Assembly: GCF_002282715.1 (NCBI RefSeq)
Contig: NZ_NCKC01000008.1
Location: 15,992 to 79,991 of the forward strand
Length of the DNA stretch: 64,000 bases
From: Halothiobacillus sp. 15-55-196
Lineage (GTDB): Bacteria > Pseudomonadota > Gammaproteobacteria > Halothiobacillales > Halothiobacillaceae
Reading direction: 5' to 3'
The position numbers and the translations under genes were made by a program. The notes below the pieces were generated by a model. That model did not search any database and was not told the origin of the DNA. It was given only the letters and a program-made list of their open reading frames with translations. Below, in pieces: positions 52,894-61,940 of the stretch (position 1 is the first letter of the stretch; each line of letters begins with the position of its first letter).

Positions 52894-53547
52894 ATGAACC
52901 TACCTGGAATATTTATCACCATCGAGGGTGTCGAAGGCGCGGGTAAGTCCACCGCCATCGCGGGTGTGGCCGAGTGGTTTTGCGCCCATGGTCGGGAAGT
53001 GGATTGCACACGGGAGCCGGGCGGTACAGCCATCGCCGAAGCAATTCGTCAACTCCTGCTTAATCCGGCAGAGGAAGATCTGGTGCCGCCGGCTGAACTC
53101 ATGCTGATGTTCGCAGCCCGTGCGCAACATGTGGCCGGAAGGATCAAGCCCGGCTTGGCGGCGGGCAAAGTGGTGATCAGCGACCGCTTCACCGACTCCT
53201 CCCGTGCCTATCAGGGTGCGGGGCGCGGCATGGATCGATCCTTGATCGAAACCTTGGCGCAGGCGGCAGAACAGGGCGTATCACCCGATTTGACCTTGTT
53301 GCTCGATCTGCCCGTGGATATCGGCATGAAGCGAGCGGCGGCCCGGCGAGGAGCCTGTGCCCACGACCGGTTCGAACGTGAGCGCCATGATTTTTTTGAA
53401 CGTGTCCGCGCGGGCTTTCTTGAGTTGGCCAGGCAGTCATCGCGCTTTGCATTGATCGATGCCGCCGCGCCGATTGAGGATGTGCAGACCCAGATACAGA
53501 CTGTACTTGCTGCCCGTTTCCCGCAGGGGGGAGCTGATCGTGGCTAG
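52894..53547 (+). CDS. tmk: thymidylate kinase
   Basis: ATG 52894 gives MNLPGIFITIEGVEGAGKST (P-loop). Also DRFTDSSRAYQG. Confidence 0.93.
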   Translation: MNLPGIFITIEGVEGAGKSTAIAGVAEWFCAHGREVDCTREPGGTAIAEAIRQLLLNPAEEDLVPPAELMLMFAARAQHVAGRIKPGLAAGKVVISDRFTDSSRAYQGAGRGMDRSLIETLAQAAEQGVSPDLTLLLDLPVDIGMKRAAARRGACAHDRFERERHDFFERVRAGFLELARQSSRFALIDAAAPIEDVQTQIQTVLAARFPQGGADRG

Positions 53548-53653
53548 GGCAAGAACCAGCAAAGCAGAAGCCGATAAGGCAAAACCCAAAAACGCGGTAG
53601 AGGATCTTGCAGCGGAATCGCCTTGGCCCAATGCCTCGGTTGGTGTGGCCGAC

Positions 53654-54625
53654 ATGCCATGGCTTCGGGCACCTTGGGATCGATTTTTGTCGATGCACCG
53701 GCAGGATCGGCTGCCGCATGGCTTGCTGGTTACCGGTGCTTTGGGTTTGGGTTCGCTCACTCTGGCGCGGGAAATGGCGGCGTATCTATTGTGCGCCGAC
53801 CCCGTTGCGACGCCGGGAGCGGAGCGCGCCTGCGGTGAATGCGCTTCTTGTCGGTTGCGCCGCGCGGGTACGCATCCCGATATTCAACTCCTGGTTCGTG
53901 ATGGCGCAAACAAGGATATTTCTGTTGATGACATCCGGACGTTGATCGAAAGCTTCAGCCTGACGCGTTACGGTCCGCTGCGCGTGGCCTTGATCGAACA
54001 GGCCGAACGCATGAATCGCAGTGCCGCCAACGGGTTGCTCAAATTGCTTGAAGAGCCGCCACCGGGCAGCCTGTTTCTGATGACATCCGAGCGTGCGGAT
54101 CTGTTGCCATCTACCATCCGTTCCCGCATACAGCGATTGGCGATTGCAATGCCCGGCCGCGCAACACTGGTCGATTGGCTGACGCTGCGATACGGCCTTG
54201 CCACCGAAGAGGCCGAATTGCTCTGGTTTATCGGTGACGACCGACTGATGGACGGTTCGCCGCCTGCATGGGATTGGCAATCGCCGACAATGGCTTGGGT
54301 GCGTTTGATGACGGAACGCAACCAGGTGCTGCCGGTCGTCAAGCAGTGGCAAACCATGGATCGGGACGTGCTCGCCCGCTGGTTGATGCGGCTATGGGTC
54401 GAGGTAATGCGCATGCATTCGGGGCTTCCTACCGAAGCCCCCGCATCGATCCAACCCTTCATTCAAAAGCTGGCCGGTGCCCGCTCCAAATCGCACTGGC
54501 TCAAGGTTCATCGCGTCTTGCTCGAATTCCTGCAATCGGCCCGGCATCCATTGAACGAGGAGCTGGCGCTGGATCGTCTTGCGCTGGACTTGGTCGATCC
54601 TGATTTACCCGCACGTCTGGCCTGA
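53654..54625 (+). CDS. holB: DNA polymerase III delta-prime subunit
   Basis: MPWLRAPWDRF, HGLLVTGALGLG, the zinc module CGECASCRL, and AANGLLKLLEEPP. An alternative GTG start at 53540 overlaps the tmk stop. Confidence 0.88.
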   Translation: MPWLRAPWDRFLSMHRQDRLPHGLLVTGALGLGSLTLAREMAAYLLCADPVATPGAERACGECASCRLRRAGTHPDIQLLVRDGANKDISVDDIRTLIESFSLTRYGPLRVALIEQAERMNRSAANGLLKLLEEPPPGSLFLMTSERADLLPSTIRSRIQRLAIAMPGRATLVDWLTLRYGLATEEAELLWFIGDDRLMDGSPPAWDWQSPTMAWVRLMTERNQVLPVVKQWQTMDRDVLARWLMRLWVEVMRMHSGLPTEAPASIQPFIQKLAGARSKSHWLKVHRVLLEFLQSARHPLNEELALDRLALDLVDPDLPARLA

Positions 54626-54895
54626 TGGACGAAGTGCTTTAACTTCGGGAACTATTTCGGAGAAATGACGTCCGACCTCGCAGCCTGATTTCATCATCAT
54701 GTGGCACAGGTGTGTACTTTGCTTTTATGCACATAAGTATTTTTGCTGTCGTCGACAGTGGCAGTGTGGTTAAATCTTGGGCTGCGGTTTTGAACTTTTT
54801 GGGTCTCTGGCGATATTAATAATGGTTCGCTTCAGACAAACCTGTTCTGCACTGCGCGTGCGCACTTAAAAAAATCCAATAACGGAGATCAACGA

Positions 54896-56698
54896 ATGAA
54901 TTTATCTCGTCGGGAATTCCTGCAAATGCTCGCAGCAGCATCTGCGGCCGGTATCAATCTGGAAACCGCCCAAGCGGGCACAGGCAACCAAACCGTTGCC
55001 AGTACCGTCAAGGTGAACCGTGCCTCTGGCAACATGTACGAAGTGCCCAAATTCGGTAACGTGCACATCCTGCATTACACCGACATTCACGCGCAGTTGG
55101 AACCTGTCTATTTCCGTGAGCCCAGCATCAACCTCGGTATTGGCTCCATGAAAGGCAACCCGCCGCATCTGGTTGGTGAAGCATTCCTCAAGTATTTCGG
55201 GCTCAAGCCCAACACCCCCGAGGCCCACGCGTTCACGTGCATCAATTATGTTGAAGCAGCCAAGAAATACGGCAAAGTCGGTGGTTACGCCCATCTGCTG
55301 ACCCTCGTCAAGCACATGAAGGCCCAGCGTCCCGGTGCGTTGGTTCTCGATGGTGGTGACAACTGGCAGGGTACCGGCCTCGCGCTGTGGACCAACGCAC
55401 AATGCCAGATCGATGCACAGAAACTGTTCGGCCTCGATGCTTTCACTTCCCACTGGGAAGCTACTTACGGCAAAGACCGCATGATGGACGGCATCAAGCA
55501 GCTCGAAGCCGCTGGCAACATGACATTCGTTGCTCAGAACATCCGCAGCGTAGATTTCGAAGAGCGCGTGTTCAAGCCGTACATCATTCGTGAACAGAAT
55601 GGCGTCAAGGTGGCGATTGTCGGTCAGGCATTCCCGTACACACCCATTGCCAATCCACGTTGGATGGTGGAAGGCTGGACGTTTGGCATCAACCCGGAAG
55701 ATATGCAGGATGTCGTCAACAAGGCACGTAAAGAAGGTGCCGAGTGCGTCGTGGTCCTGTCGCATAACGGCATGGACGTTGACTTGAAGCTCGCTTCACA
55801 GGTTTCTGGTATCGACGCCATTATGGGCGGCCATACGCACGATGCGGTTCCGCACCCGACAATCGTCAAGAATCCGGGCGGCAAGACCATCGTGACCAAC
55901 GCCGGTTCAAACAGCAAGTTCCTCGGCGTACTCGACATGGACTTCAAGAACGGCAAATTGCAGGATTTCAAATACCACCTACTGCCAGTATTTGCTGACT
56001 TCATCGAACCCGACAAGGAAATGGCGGCACTGATCGAGAAGATGACCAACCAGGACGTCAGCTTCCAGGGCAAGACTTTCAACGCCAAGAAACGTCTGGA
56101 CGAAGTTGTCGCTACCAACGAAGGTTTGCTGTACCGCCGCGGCAACTTCACTGGTTCATGGGATCAGCTGATCTGCCAGGCCATCATTGACGCCAACGAT
56201 TGCCAGATCTCCTTCTCTCCGGGGGTTCGCTGGGGTACTTCGCTTATTCCGGGCGAGCCGATCAAATACGGCGATCTGATGACCGAAGTCGGTTTGACCT
56301 ATCCAAACGTCACCGTGAATGAGTTCACCGGCGAGCAGATCAAGGGTATTCTCGAAGACGTCTGCGACAACATCTTCAACAAAGACCCGTACTACCAGCA
56401 AGGCGGCGACATGGTTCGCGTTGGTGGCATGACCTATGCCTGCGCGCCGAACGAAGTCAAAGGCAAGCGTATTTCCGAAATGGCACTCGGCGGCAAACCG
56501 CTGGATCCGAAAAAGAAATACAAGGTTGCCGGTTGGGCGTCTGTGCAAAAACCGGGCGAAATTCCGGGTGATACCGGCAAGATGATCTGGGATCAGGTGG
56601 AAACCTGGTTGCGCGACAAGAAGCACATCAAGCCAGTCAAGATCAACGAACCGCGTTTGATCGGTGTGAAGGGTAACCCGGGTTTGACCAACTGCTAA
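54896..56698 (+). CDS. soxB: thiosulfohydrolase SoxB (dimetallo 5'-nucleotidase-fold sulfur-oxidation enzyme)
   Basis: Twin-arginine signal MNLSRREFLQMLAAASAAGINLETAQA. Metallophosphoesterase motifs HYTDIHAQ, DGGDNWQG and LSHNGMDVD, with GGHTHD. The 600-aa length is typical of SoxB. Confidence 0.9.
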   Translation: MNLSRREFLQMLAAASAAGINLETAQAGTGNQTVASTVKVNRASGNMYEVPKFGNVHILHYTDIHAQLEPVYFREPSINLGIGSMKGNPPHLVGEAFLKYFGLKPNTPEAHAFTCINYVEAAKKYGKVGGYAHLLTLVKHMKAQRPGALVLDGGDNWQGTGLALWTNAQCQIDAQKLFGLDAFTSHWEATYGKDRMMDGIKQLEAAGNMTFVAQNIRSVDFEERVFKPYIIREQNGVKVAIVGQAFPYTPIANPRWMVEGWTFGINPEDMQDVVNKARKEGAECVVVLSHNGMDVDLKLASQVSGIDAIMGGHTHDAVPHPTIVKNPGGKTIVTNAGSNSKFLGVLDMDFKNGKLQDFKYHLLPVFADFIEPDKEMAALIEKMTNQDVSFQGKTFNAKKRLDEVVATNEGLLYRRGNFTGSWDQLICQAIIDANDCQISFSPGVRWGTSLIPGEPIKYGDLMTEVGLTYPNVTVNEFTGEQIKGILEDVCDNIFNKDPYYQQGGDMVRVGGMTYACAPNEVKGKRISEMALGGKPLDPKKKYKVAGWASVQKPGEIPGDTGKMIWDQVETWLRDKKHIKPVKINEPRLIGVKGNPGLTNC

Positions 56699-56746
56699 GC
56701 CCAAGACAGATGGCTTCAGCGTAAAGTTGAGGTCATACTGGCCAAT

Positions 56747-56775
56747 CAAAAAGCCCCGCTTTTGCGGGGCTTTTG
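56747..56775. terminator. bidirectional rho-independent terminator between soxB and the convergent asparaginase-like gene
   Basis: AAAA-AGCCCCGC-TTTT-GCGGGGCT-TTTT: a perfect 8-bp GC stem flanked by an A-run and a T-run. Confidence 0.85.
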
Positions 56776-56779
56776 TCGT

Positions 56780-57313
56780 TTATATCGTTTGAAAAATTCC
56801 GATAGTCCGATTTTTTCGGTACTGACTGTACGGTAGTACGCGTCCATGCATGGCGATATAGATACCCGGGTGTGGTGTTGCGGCGGCAAATCCGAGCGTC
56901 ATGCCCAGATGCAAAGCGGCTTCAATCGGATCAATCTCGGCAGGGCGCATGGCACCTGTCATGATGATGACCCGATTCAATTCGGCCTTGTCAAGAAAAA
57001 GGGCGGTTTCATGCATCGTGTCGGTGCCATGAATGATGATGATGGGTGCCGCATTCAACGAAGGAGATAGGTTGCGGATGGTCTCGCAGATTGAAGTGCG
57101 GTCATCCTGTGTCATATCCAGACTGTCCTTGTGAACCACGCCGATCAGGTGTAGATCAAGATTCGGCGCGGCTGAATGCAATAGGTCTTCAATGGTTCGC
57201 TCATCGTTCGCGACGGTCAGCAGACCGGTCAACGGCTGGTATATTTTGTTGAAAGTGCCACCGGTGTTGATGATGACAACAGGAAATGATGATGAATTGT
57301 TCGATGTCGACAT
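56780..57313 (-). CDS. asparaginase N-terminal-domain-only protein
   Basis: 177 aa with the catalytic-type motifs INTGGTFNK (TGGT), IIHGTDTM and IIMTGAMRP. No C-terminal asparaginase domain is encoded. Confidence 0.75.
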   Translation of the reverse strand: MSTSNNSSSFPVVIINTGGTFNKIYQPLTGLLTVANDERTIEDLLHSAAPNLDLHLIGVVHKDSLDMTQDDRTSICETIRNLSPSLNAAPIIIIHGTDTMHETALFLDKAELNRVIIMTGAMRPAEIDPIEAALHLGMTLGFAAATPHPGIYIAMHGRVLPYSQYRKNRTIGIFQTI

Positions 57314-57520
57314 GTCTTCATGCTCGGTCGGGTTGGGCGTTGGGCATCAGATTGAGCGTATGGCGTGTTCTTCAGGGTATGAAGTGGGCGCATCGCGCAT
57401 GTCCAAGTGCTTTTGTCTATTAATTAATTTAGAATGCAAGGCGATTTTGCTTTACGGTGGCTGCACGTTGTCAGCAACTGTATTTGCAGATCGGTTCTTA
57501 CCTCAAGAAAAGAATTCATT

Positions 57521-57868
57521 ATGAGCGATCCCATGCATTTCCGTTATCTCATCGAATCCGTTACAAAATCGGGTGCGCGTTTTCGTCCGAGTGACTGGAT
57601 TGATCGTTTGGCCAGTTGGGATGCCACGTTTGATTTGCACCGGCTGGTGTTTTCCGACCGCCTTCATCCGGCCTCGCTGGATGGGCAGAAAGTCCTCGCC
57701 ATCGAGCCTGAGTTGCAAACTCAGAACCCCGCGATGTTCGATTCGGTACTTCAATTCGCTGAGCGCAACAATCTCAAAATTCACAAGCAATACGATGATG
57801 GCCGTCTGGAAGAATATGTTCCTCCCTCTGCATCGGGCGATTACCAGGCTGAAATTCAGGCCAAATAA
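57521..57868 (+). CDS. DUF3579-type protein
   Basis: A 115-aa protein from ATG 57521; the FRPSDWIDRLAS motif is characteristic of this uncharacterised family. Confidence 0.65.
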   Translation: MSDPMHFRYLIESVTKSGARFRPSDWIDRLASWDATFDLHRLVFSDRLHPASLDGQKVLAIEPELQTQNPAMFDSVLQFAERNNLKIHKQYDDGRLEEYVPPSASGDYQAEIQAK

Positions 57869-57890
57869 TACTTTTTAGGTTTCAGAGAAT

Positions 57891-59255
57891 ATGAGTTTAT
57901 CCTCACCGCGCGTGGGTTTTGTCAGTCTGGGGTGCCCCAAGGCATTGGTCGATTCCGAGCGAATCCTGACCCAGCTGCGTGCCGAAGGCTACGCATTATC
58001 GAGTGATTACCAGGATGCGGAACTCGTTATCGTGAATACCTGTGGTTTCATCGACTCGGCCACACAAGAGTCGCTGGATGCAATCGGCGAAGCTTTAACC
58101 GAGAACGGTAAAGTCATCGTGACCGGTTGTCTGGGCGCACGGGACGAGGGTGAGCTGATCCGCCAGACACATCCGAGCGTCCTGGCCATCACCGGTCCAC
58201 AGGCTTACGGCGAAGTGATGGGGGCGGTTCATCAGCATTTGCCGCCCCGGCACGATCCCTTCGTCGATTTGATGCCGGCACCTCGTGTTCAGACGGAAGT
58301 ATCGGATTTCGAATCCAAGGTCGGTATCAAACTCACCCCCCGGCATTACGCTTATCTGAAAATATCCGAAGGCTGTAATCATCGTTGCAGCTTCTGCATC
58401 ATTCCGAGCATGCGGGGCGATCTCGTGAGCCGCCCTGTGGGTGAGGTGCTCACCGAAGCCCAGAATCTGGTGAATGCCGGGGTACGCGAATTGCTGGTGG
58501 TTTCTCAAGATACCAGCGCGTATGGTCTGGATACGCGCTACAAGCTTGATTTCTTCGGCGGCAAACCGGTCAAGACCCGTTTTACGGAGCTGGCGGCTGA
58601 ACTTGGGCAGATGGATGCCTGGATTCGATTGCATTATGTCTATCCCTACCCGCATGTGGATGAGGTCATACCGTTAATGGCCGAGGGCTGGGTGCTGCCT
58701 TACCTCGATATCCCGTTCCAGCACGCCAGCCCGCGGATTCTCAAGGCGATGAAGCGCCCAGCATCCAGCGAGAACGTGCTGGAGCGAATCCGTACATGGC
58801 GAGATATCTGCCCCGACCTGACCTTGCGTTCGACCTTTATCGTCGGCTTCCCTGGCGAGACCGAGGATGACTTCCAGCAGTTGCTCGATTTTCTGGATGA
58901 AGCGCGGCTTGATCGAGTCGGTGCCTTTACCTATTCGCCTGTCGAGGGTGCCACGGCAAATCAGCTGGCCAACCCCGTGCCGGAGTCGCTCAAGCAGGAG
59001 CGGCTTGAGCGGTTCATGGTAAAACAGGCCGAAATCAGCGCGGCAAAGTTGGCCGCCAAGGTGGGGCAGCGCATGGCTATTCTGATCGACGAAGTGGACG
59101 AATCCGGAGCAGTGGGTCGCGGCCCCGGTGATGCGCCGGAAATCGATGGTGTCGTCTTTTTGCCGGATGTGACCGACGTGCGTCCTGGCGACTTCGTCGA
59201 GGTTGAAATCACGGCTGCTGACGAGCATGACCTTTGGGCTTCACCGTGCGACTGA
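57891..59255 (+). CDS. rimO: ribosomal protein S12 methylthiotransferase
   Basis: N-terminal MTTase cysteines ([15 protein letters not shown]), radical-SAM motif [11 protein letters not shown], and a C-terminal TRAM domain. Confidence 0.94.
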   Translation: MSLSSPRVGFVSLGCPKALVDSERILTQLRAEGYALSSDYQDAELVIVNTCGFIDSATQESLDAIGEALTENGKVIVTGCLGARDEGELIRQTHPSVLAITGPQAYGEVMGAVHQHLPPRHDPFVDLMPAPRVQTEVSDFESKVGIKLTPRHYAYLKISEGCNHRCSFCIIPSMRGDLVSRPVGEVLTEAQNLVNAGVRELLVVSQDTSAYGLDTRYKLDFFGGKPVKTRFTELAAELGQMDAWIRLHYVYPYPHVDEVIPLMAEGWVLPYLDIPFQHASPRILKAMKRPASSENVLERIRTWRDICPDLTLRSTFIVGFPGETEDDFQQLLDFLDEARLDRVGAFTYSPVEGATANQLANPVPESLKQERLERFMVKQAEISAAKLAAKVGQRMAILIDEVDESGAVGRGPGDAPEIDGVVFLPDVTDVRPGDFVEVEITAADEHDLWASPCD

Positions 59256-59284
59256 TCGCGCGCTAACGATACGAAGCGGCGTTC

Positions 59285-59524
59285 ATGGCACGTGTCACAG
59301 ATCAGACGTTCAGTTCTGCTATTGTGTCGTTCCATCGGGATGAGCTGGGCGACTGGTTCGCCCGATTGGCATGCGGTCACCATCAGCATACGCGCCATCA
59401 ACCGCCGTGGGTCAATCGCCCCTGGATTGAAACCGAAGCCGGAAGGCAGTCGATGATCGGGAAGTTGTTGGTCTGTAAAAAATGTGCTCAAGGCTTGCCA
59501 GCAGATGACATCCCGTCTGTATAA
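59285..59524 (+). CDS. small Cys/His-rich protein of the DUF3565 type
   Basis: 79 aa with LACGHHQHTRHQPPW and LVCKKCAQG. The family assignment is from memory of the GH-x-Q-x2-RH-x-PPW signature. Confidence 0.6.
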   Translation: MARVTDQTFSSAIVSFHRDELGDWFARLACGHHQHTRHQPPWVNRPWIETEAGRQSMIGKLLVCKKCAQGLPADDIPSV

Positions 59525-59549
59525 ACCACCCATGAATGAAGGCTTGTGA

Positions 59550-60068
59550 ATGAACACGCGTGCATTTGTCCCTCTGAATATTGCCGTACTGACGGTATCG
59601 GATACCCGCTCTCTTACGAATGATCCTTCGGGTGATTTATTGCAGGGGAGAGTGATTGATGGAGGGCACCGGTTGTACGACCGGCAGATCGTTCGTGATG
59701 ACAAGTACGCGATTCGTGCGGTGGTTTCAGCGTGGATTCATGATCCGGAATGTCAGGCGATCATTACGACGGGCGGTACCGGACTGACCGGGCGCGACGG
59801 CACGCCAGAAGCAGTGATACCGCTGCTCGACAAGAAAATCGAGGGTTTCGGTGAACTCTTCCGGTGGTTGTCCTTCCAGTCAATCGGCACGTCAACCTTG
59901 CAATCCCGCGCCACTTCGGGTGTCGCCAACGGTACCTACCTTTTCATACTGCCCGGATCGACCAGCGCCTGTCGCGATGCCTGGGATCAAATTATTCATG
60001 CTCAGTTGGATTTCCGTACCCAGCCATGCAATATGGTTGAGCTGATGCCACGATTGAACGAGCAGTAA
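59550..60068 (+). CDS. moaB: molybdenum cofactor biosynthesis protein B
   Basis: LTVSDTRS, ITTGGTGLTGRD and LPGSTSAC, the MoaB/MogA fold. Confidence 0.88.
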   Translation: MNTRAFVPLNIAVLTVSDTRSLTNDPSGDLLQGRVIDGGHRLYDRQIVRDDKYAIRAVVSAWIHDPECQAIITTGGTGLTGRDGTPEAVIPLLDKKIEGFGELFRWLSFQSIGTSTLQSRATSGVANGTYLFILPGSTSACRDAWDQIIHAQLDFRTQPCNMVELMPRLNEQ

Positions 60069-60071
60069 TTC

Positions 60072-61940
60072 ATGAACGTAAATACCGGGCGTTTTTCGCG
60101 TACCGAGCGCTATTCGGGGGCATCCCCCAGCGCCCTGTTTGCGGTGAGTTCACTGGGACTGGGACATGCCACACGCAGCCTCGTTTTAATCCATGCGTTT
60201 CTGGCCGAGGGGTACCGTGTTACGGTTATTTCAACGGGTAATGCCTTGGCCTTCATGCGCCTGGAGTTGGCCGATCACCCCGCTGTCGAATGGCAGGATT
60301 GGCCTGATTATCCGCCGCTGGAACGCGGGACTGGTTGGCGGTTCTACGCCTATCTTGCCCTCGATCTGTTCACAACTTGGCGACGAATTCGTGAGGAACA
60401 TCGTCGGTTTGAATCCATTGCCTGTGATTATGATTTCGTATTCAGCGACGGTCGTTACGGTATCTACAGTCGCTGGGTTCCCTCGTTCATACTGTCGCAT
60501 CAGATAGCGTTCATACCGCCAAAGGGGTTGCAGGAAGTCAGCTGGTTGAGCGATCACCTCAATGTCGCCGCGCTCAAGCAGTTCGACCGTATCTTTATTC
60601 CGGATTTTCCCTGTCCGAGTCTGAATCTTGCCGGGAACCTTTCTCATACCCCCGTCTTGCAGAATACCCAGCGCGAATATGTCGGGATTCTGTCCTCCTA
60701 TCCGCATCAGGAGCTTGAGCAGGATATCGACTACCTGTTCGTGATCAGTGGCTATCTGCACGAACACAAGCGGGCGTTTGTGCGTGATCTGCTTGCACAG
60801 GCCCAAAATCTGCCCGGCAAGAAGGTCTTTGTCCTGGGTGACGCAAAAGCTGATCCGGCACAGTACCAGGACGCACTTTCCGAACATCTACAAGTGTATC
60901 CGCTGGCGACGGGGAATCTGCGGCAGGAATTGTTCGGTCGTGCCAAATGCATTATCTCTCGAGCCGGGTATACCACGGTGATGGATCTGGTGGAACATGG
61001 TAAGCGCGCGCTTCTTATTCCCACGCCGAATCAAACGGAGCAGGAATACTTGGGCTATTACCTCGGTAGTCTTAAATATTTCGTCAGTCGGAATCAGTCC
61101 GAAGCGTTTGATCTTGCCGCCGCTTTGGCGCAAACAGAAGACACGCGGCTCTTTGAGGCACCCTGGCGGACACAGGAATCGGTGCGTCGTATCCAGTCCT
61201 CAATGAGCGATGCGCTGTACAAGAACTATTTCTCGGTGATTGTGCCGGCACATAACGAGGAGGCGGTACTGGCGGAAACGCTGGATAGCCTGATAGCACA
61301 ACAATATCCCGCTAATCGGATGGAAATCATCATCGTGGAGAACGGTTCAACCGATGATACCTGGGCGATTGCCGAACGTTATGCTGCGCTATCTGATGGC
61401 AACCTGACCATTCGTGCCCTGCAAAGCGAGAAGGGCGTTTCCAAGGCCAAAAACGTTGGTCTTGAGCACATCAGCGTCAATTCTGATTGGGTGATTTTCT
61501 GTGATGCCGACACGCATTTGGCACCGAAAGCCTTGCGTCAGTTCAACCACTGGATCAATCAGCATGGCTCTGAGAGCCTCGCGGTGGGGACGACGCGTGT
61601 ACAACCCCTGAACGCAAATCATGTATATGTTCAGTTGTGGTTCAGAGCCTATGACTTGATTCATCGACTGACGCGCAGTTCTTACTCCATACAGTTGGCG
61701 CGTTCACCAATCGCGCGCGGGATCGGTTTTCATCCGGATTTGAGTTTTGCCGAAGATCTGACATTCATCAGCGAGTGTCGTCGCTATGGCCGGTTTTTCT
61801 TTATCCCCAGTGATCAGGTGGCGACATCGACCCGGCGATTTGAAACGCAAGGCTATATCAAACAAAGCCTGAAATGGTTGTTCGAGGCGCTGATGCCCAT
61901 GCGGATGAAGCGGAAACGAGGATACGATGTCATTCGCTGA
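60072..61940 (+). CDS. two-domain glycosyltransferase: N-terminal GT-B (GT28/MJ1255-like) fused to C-terminal GT-A family 2
   Basis: The N-domain has SSLGLGHATRSLVLIHAF and SRAGYTTVMDLVEHGKRALLIPTPNQTEQE. From about nt 61230 the GT2 motifs appear: FSVIVPAHNEEAVLAETLDSLIAQQYP, IIIVENGSTDDT and FCDADTHL. Confidence 0.8.
   Translation: MNVNTGRFSRTERYSGASPSALFAVSSLGLGHATRSLVLIHAFLAEGYRVTVISTGNALAFMRLELADHPAVEWQDWPDYPPLERGTGWRFYAYLALDLFTTWRRIREEHRRFESIACDYDFVFSDGRYGIYSRWVPSFILSHQIAFIPPKGLQEVSWLSDHLNVAALKQFDRIFIPDFPCPSLNLAGNLSHTPVLQNTQREYVGILSSYPHQELEQDIDYLFVISGYLHEHKRAFVRDLLAQAQNLPGKKVFVLGDAKADPAQYQDALSEHLQVYPLATGNLRQELFGRAKCIISRAGYTTVMDLVEHGKRALLIPTPNQTEQEYLGYYLGSLKYFVSRNQSEAFDLAAALAQTEDTRLFEAPWRTQESVRRIQSSMSDALYKNYFSVIVPAHNEEAVLAETLDSLIAQQYPANRMEIIIVENGSTDDTWAIAERYAALSDGNLTIRALQSEKGVSKAKNVGLEHISVNSDWVIFCDADTHLAPKALRQFNHWINQHGSESLAVGTTRVQPLNANHVYVQLWFRAYDLIHRLTRSSYSIQLARSPIARGIGFHPDLSFAEDLTFISECRRYGRFFFIPSDQVATSTRRFETQGYIKQSLKWLFEALMPMRMKRKRGYDVIR

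Noticed and set aside
57096-57104. AAGTGCGGT, identical to the Haemophilus-type DNA uptake signal core, in a genome that encodes type IV pili
   Set aside because: It is a single occurrence inside a coding region. A 9-mer is expected by chance about once in a window this size, and no enrichment is visible.
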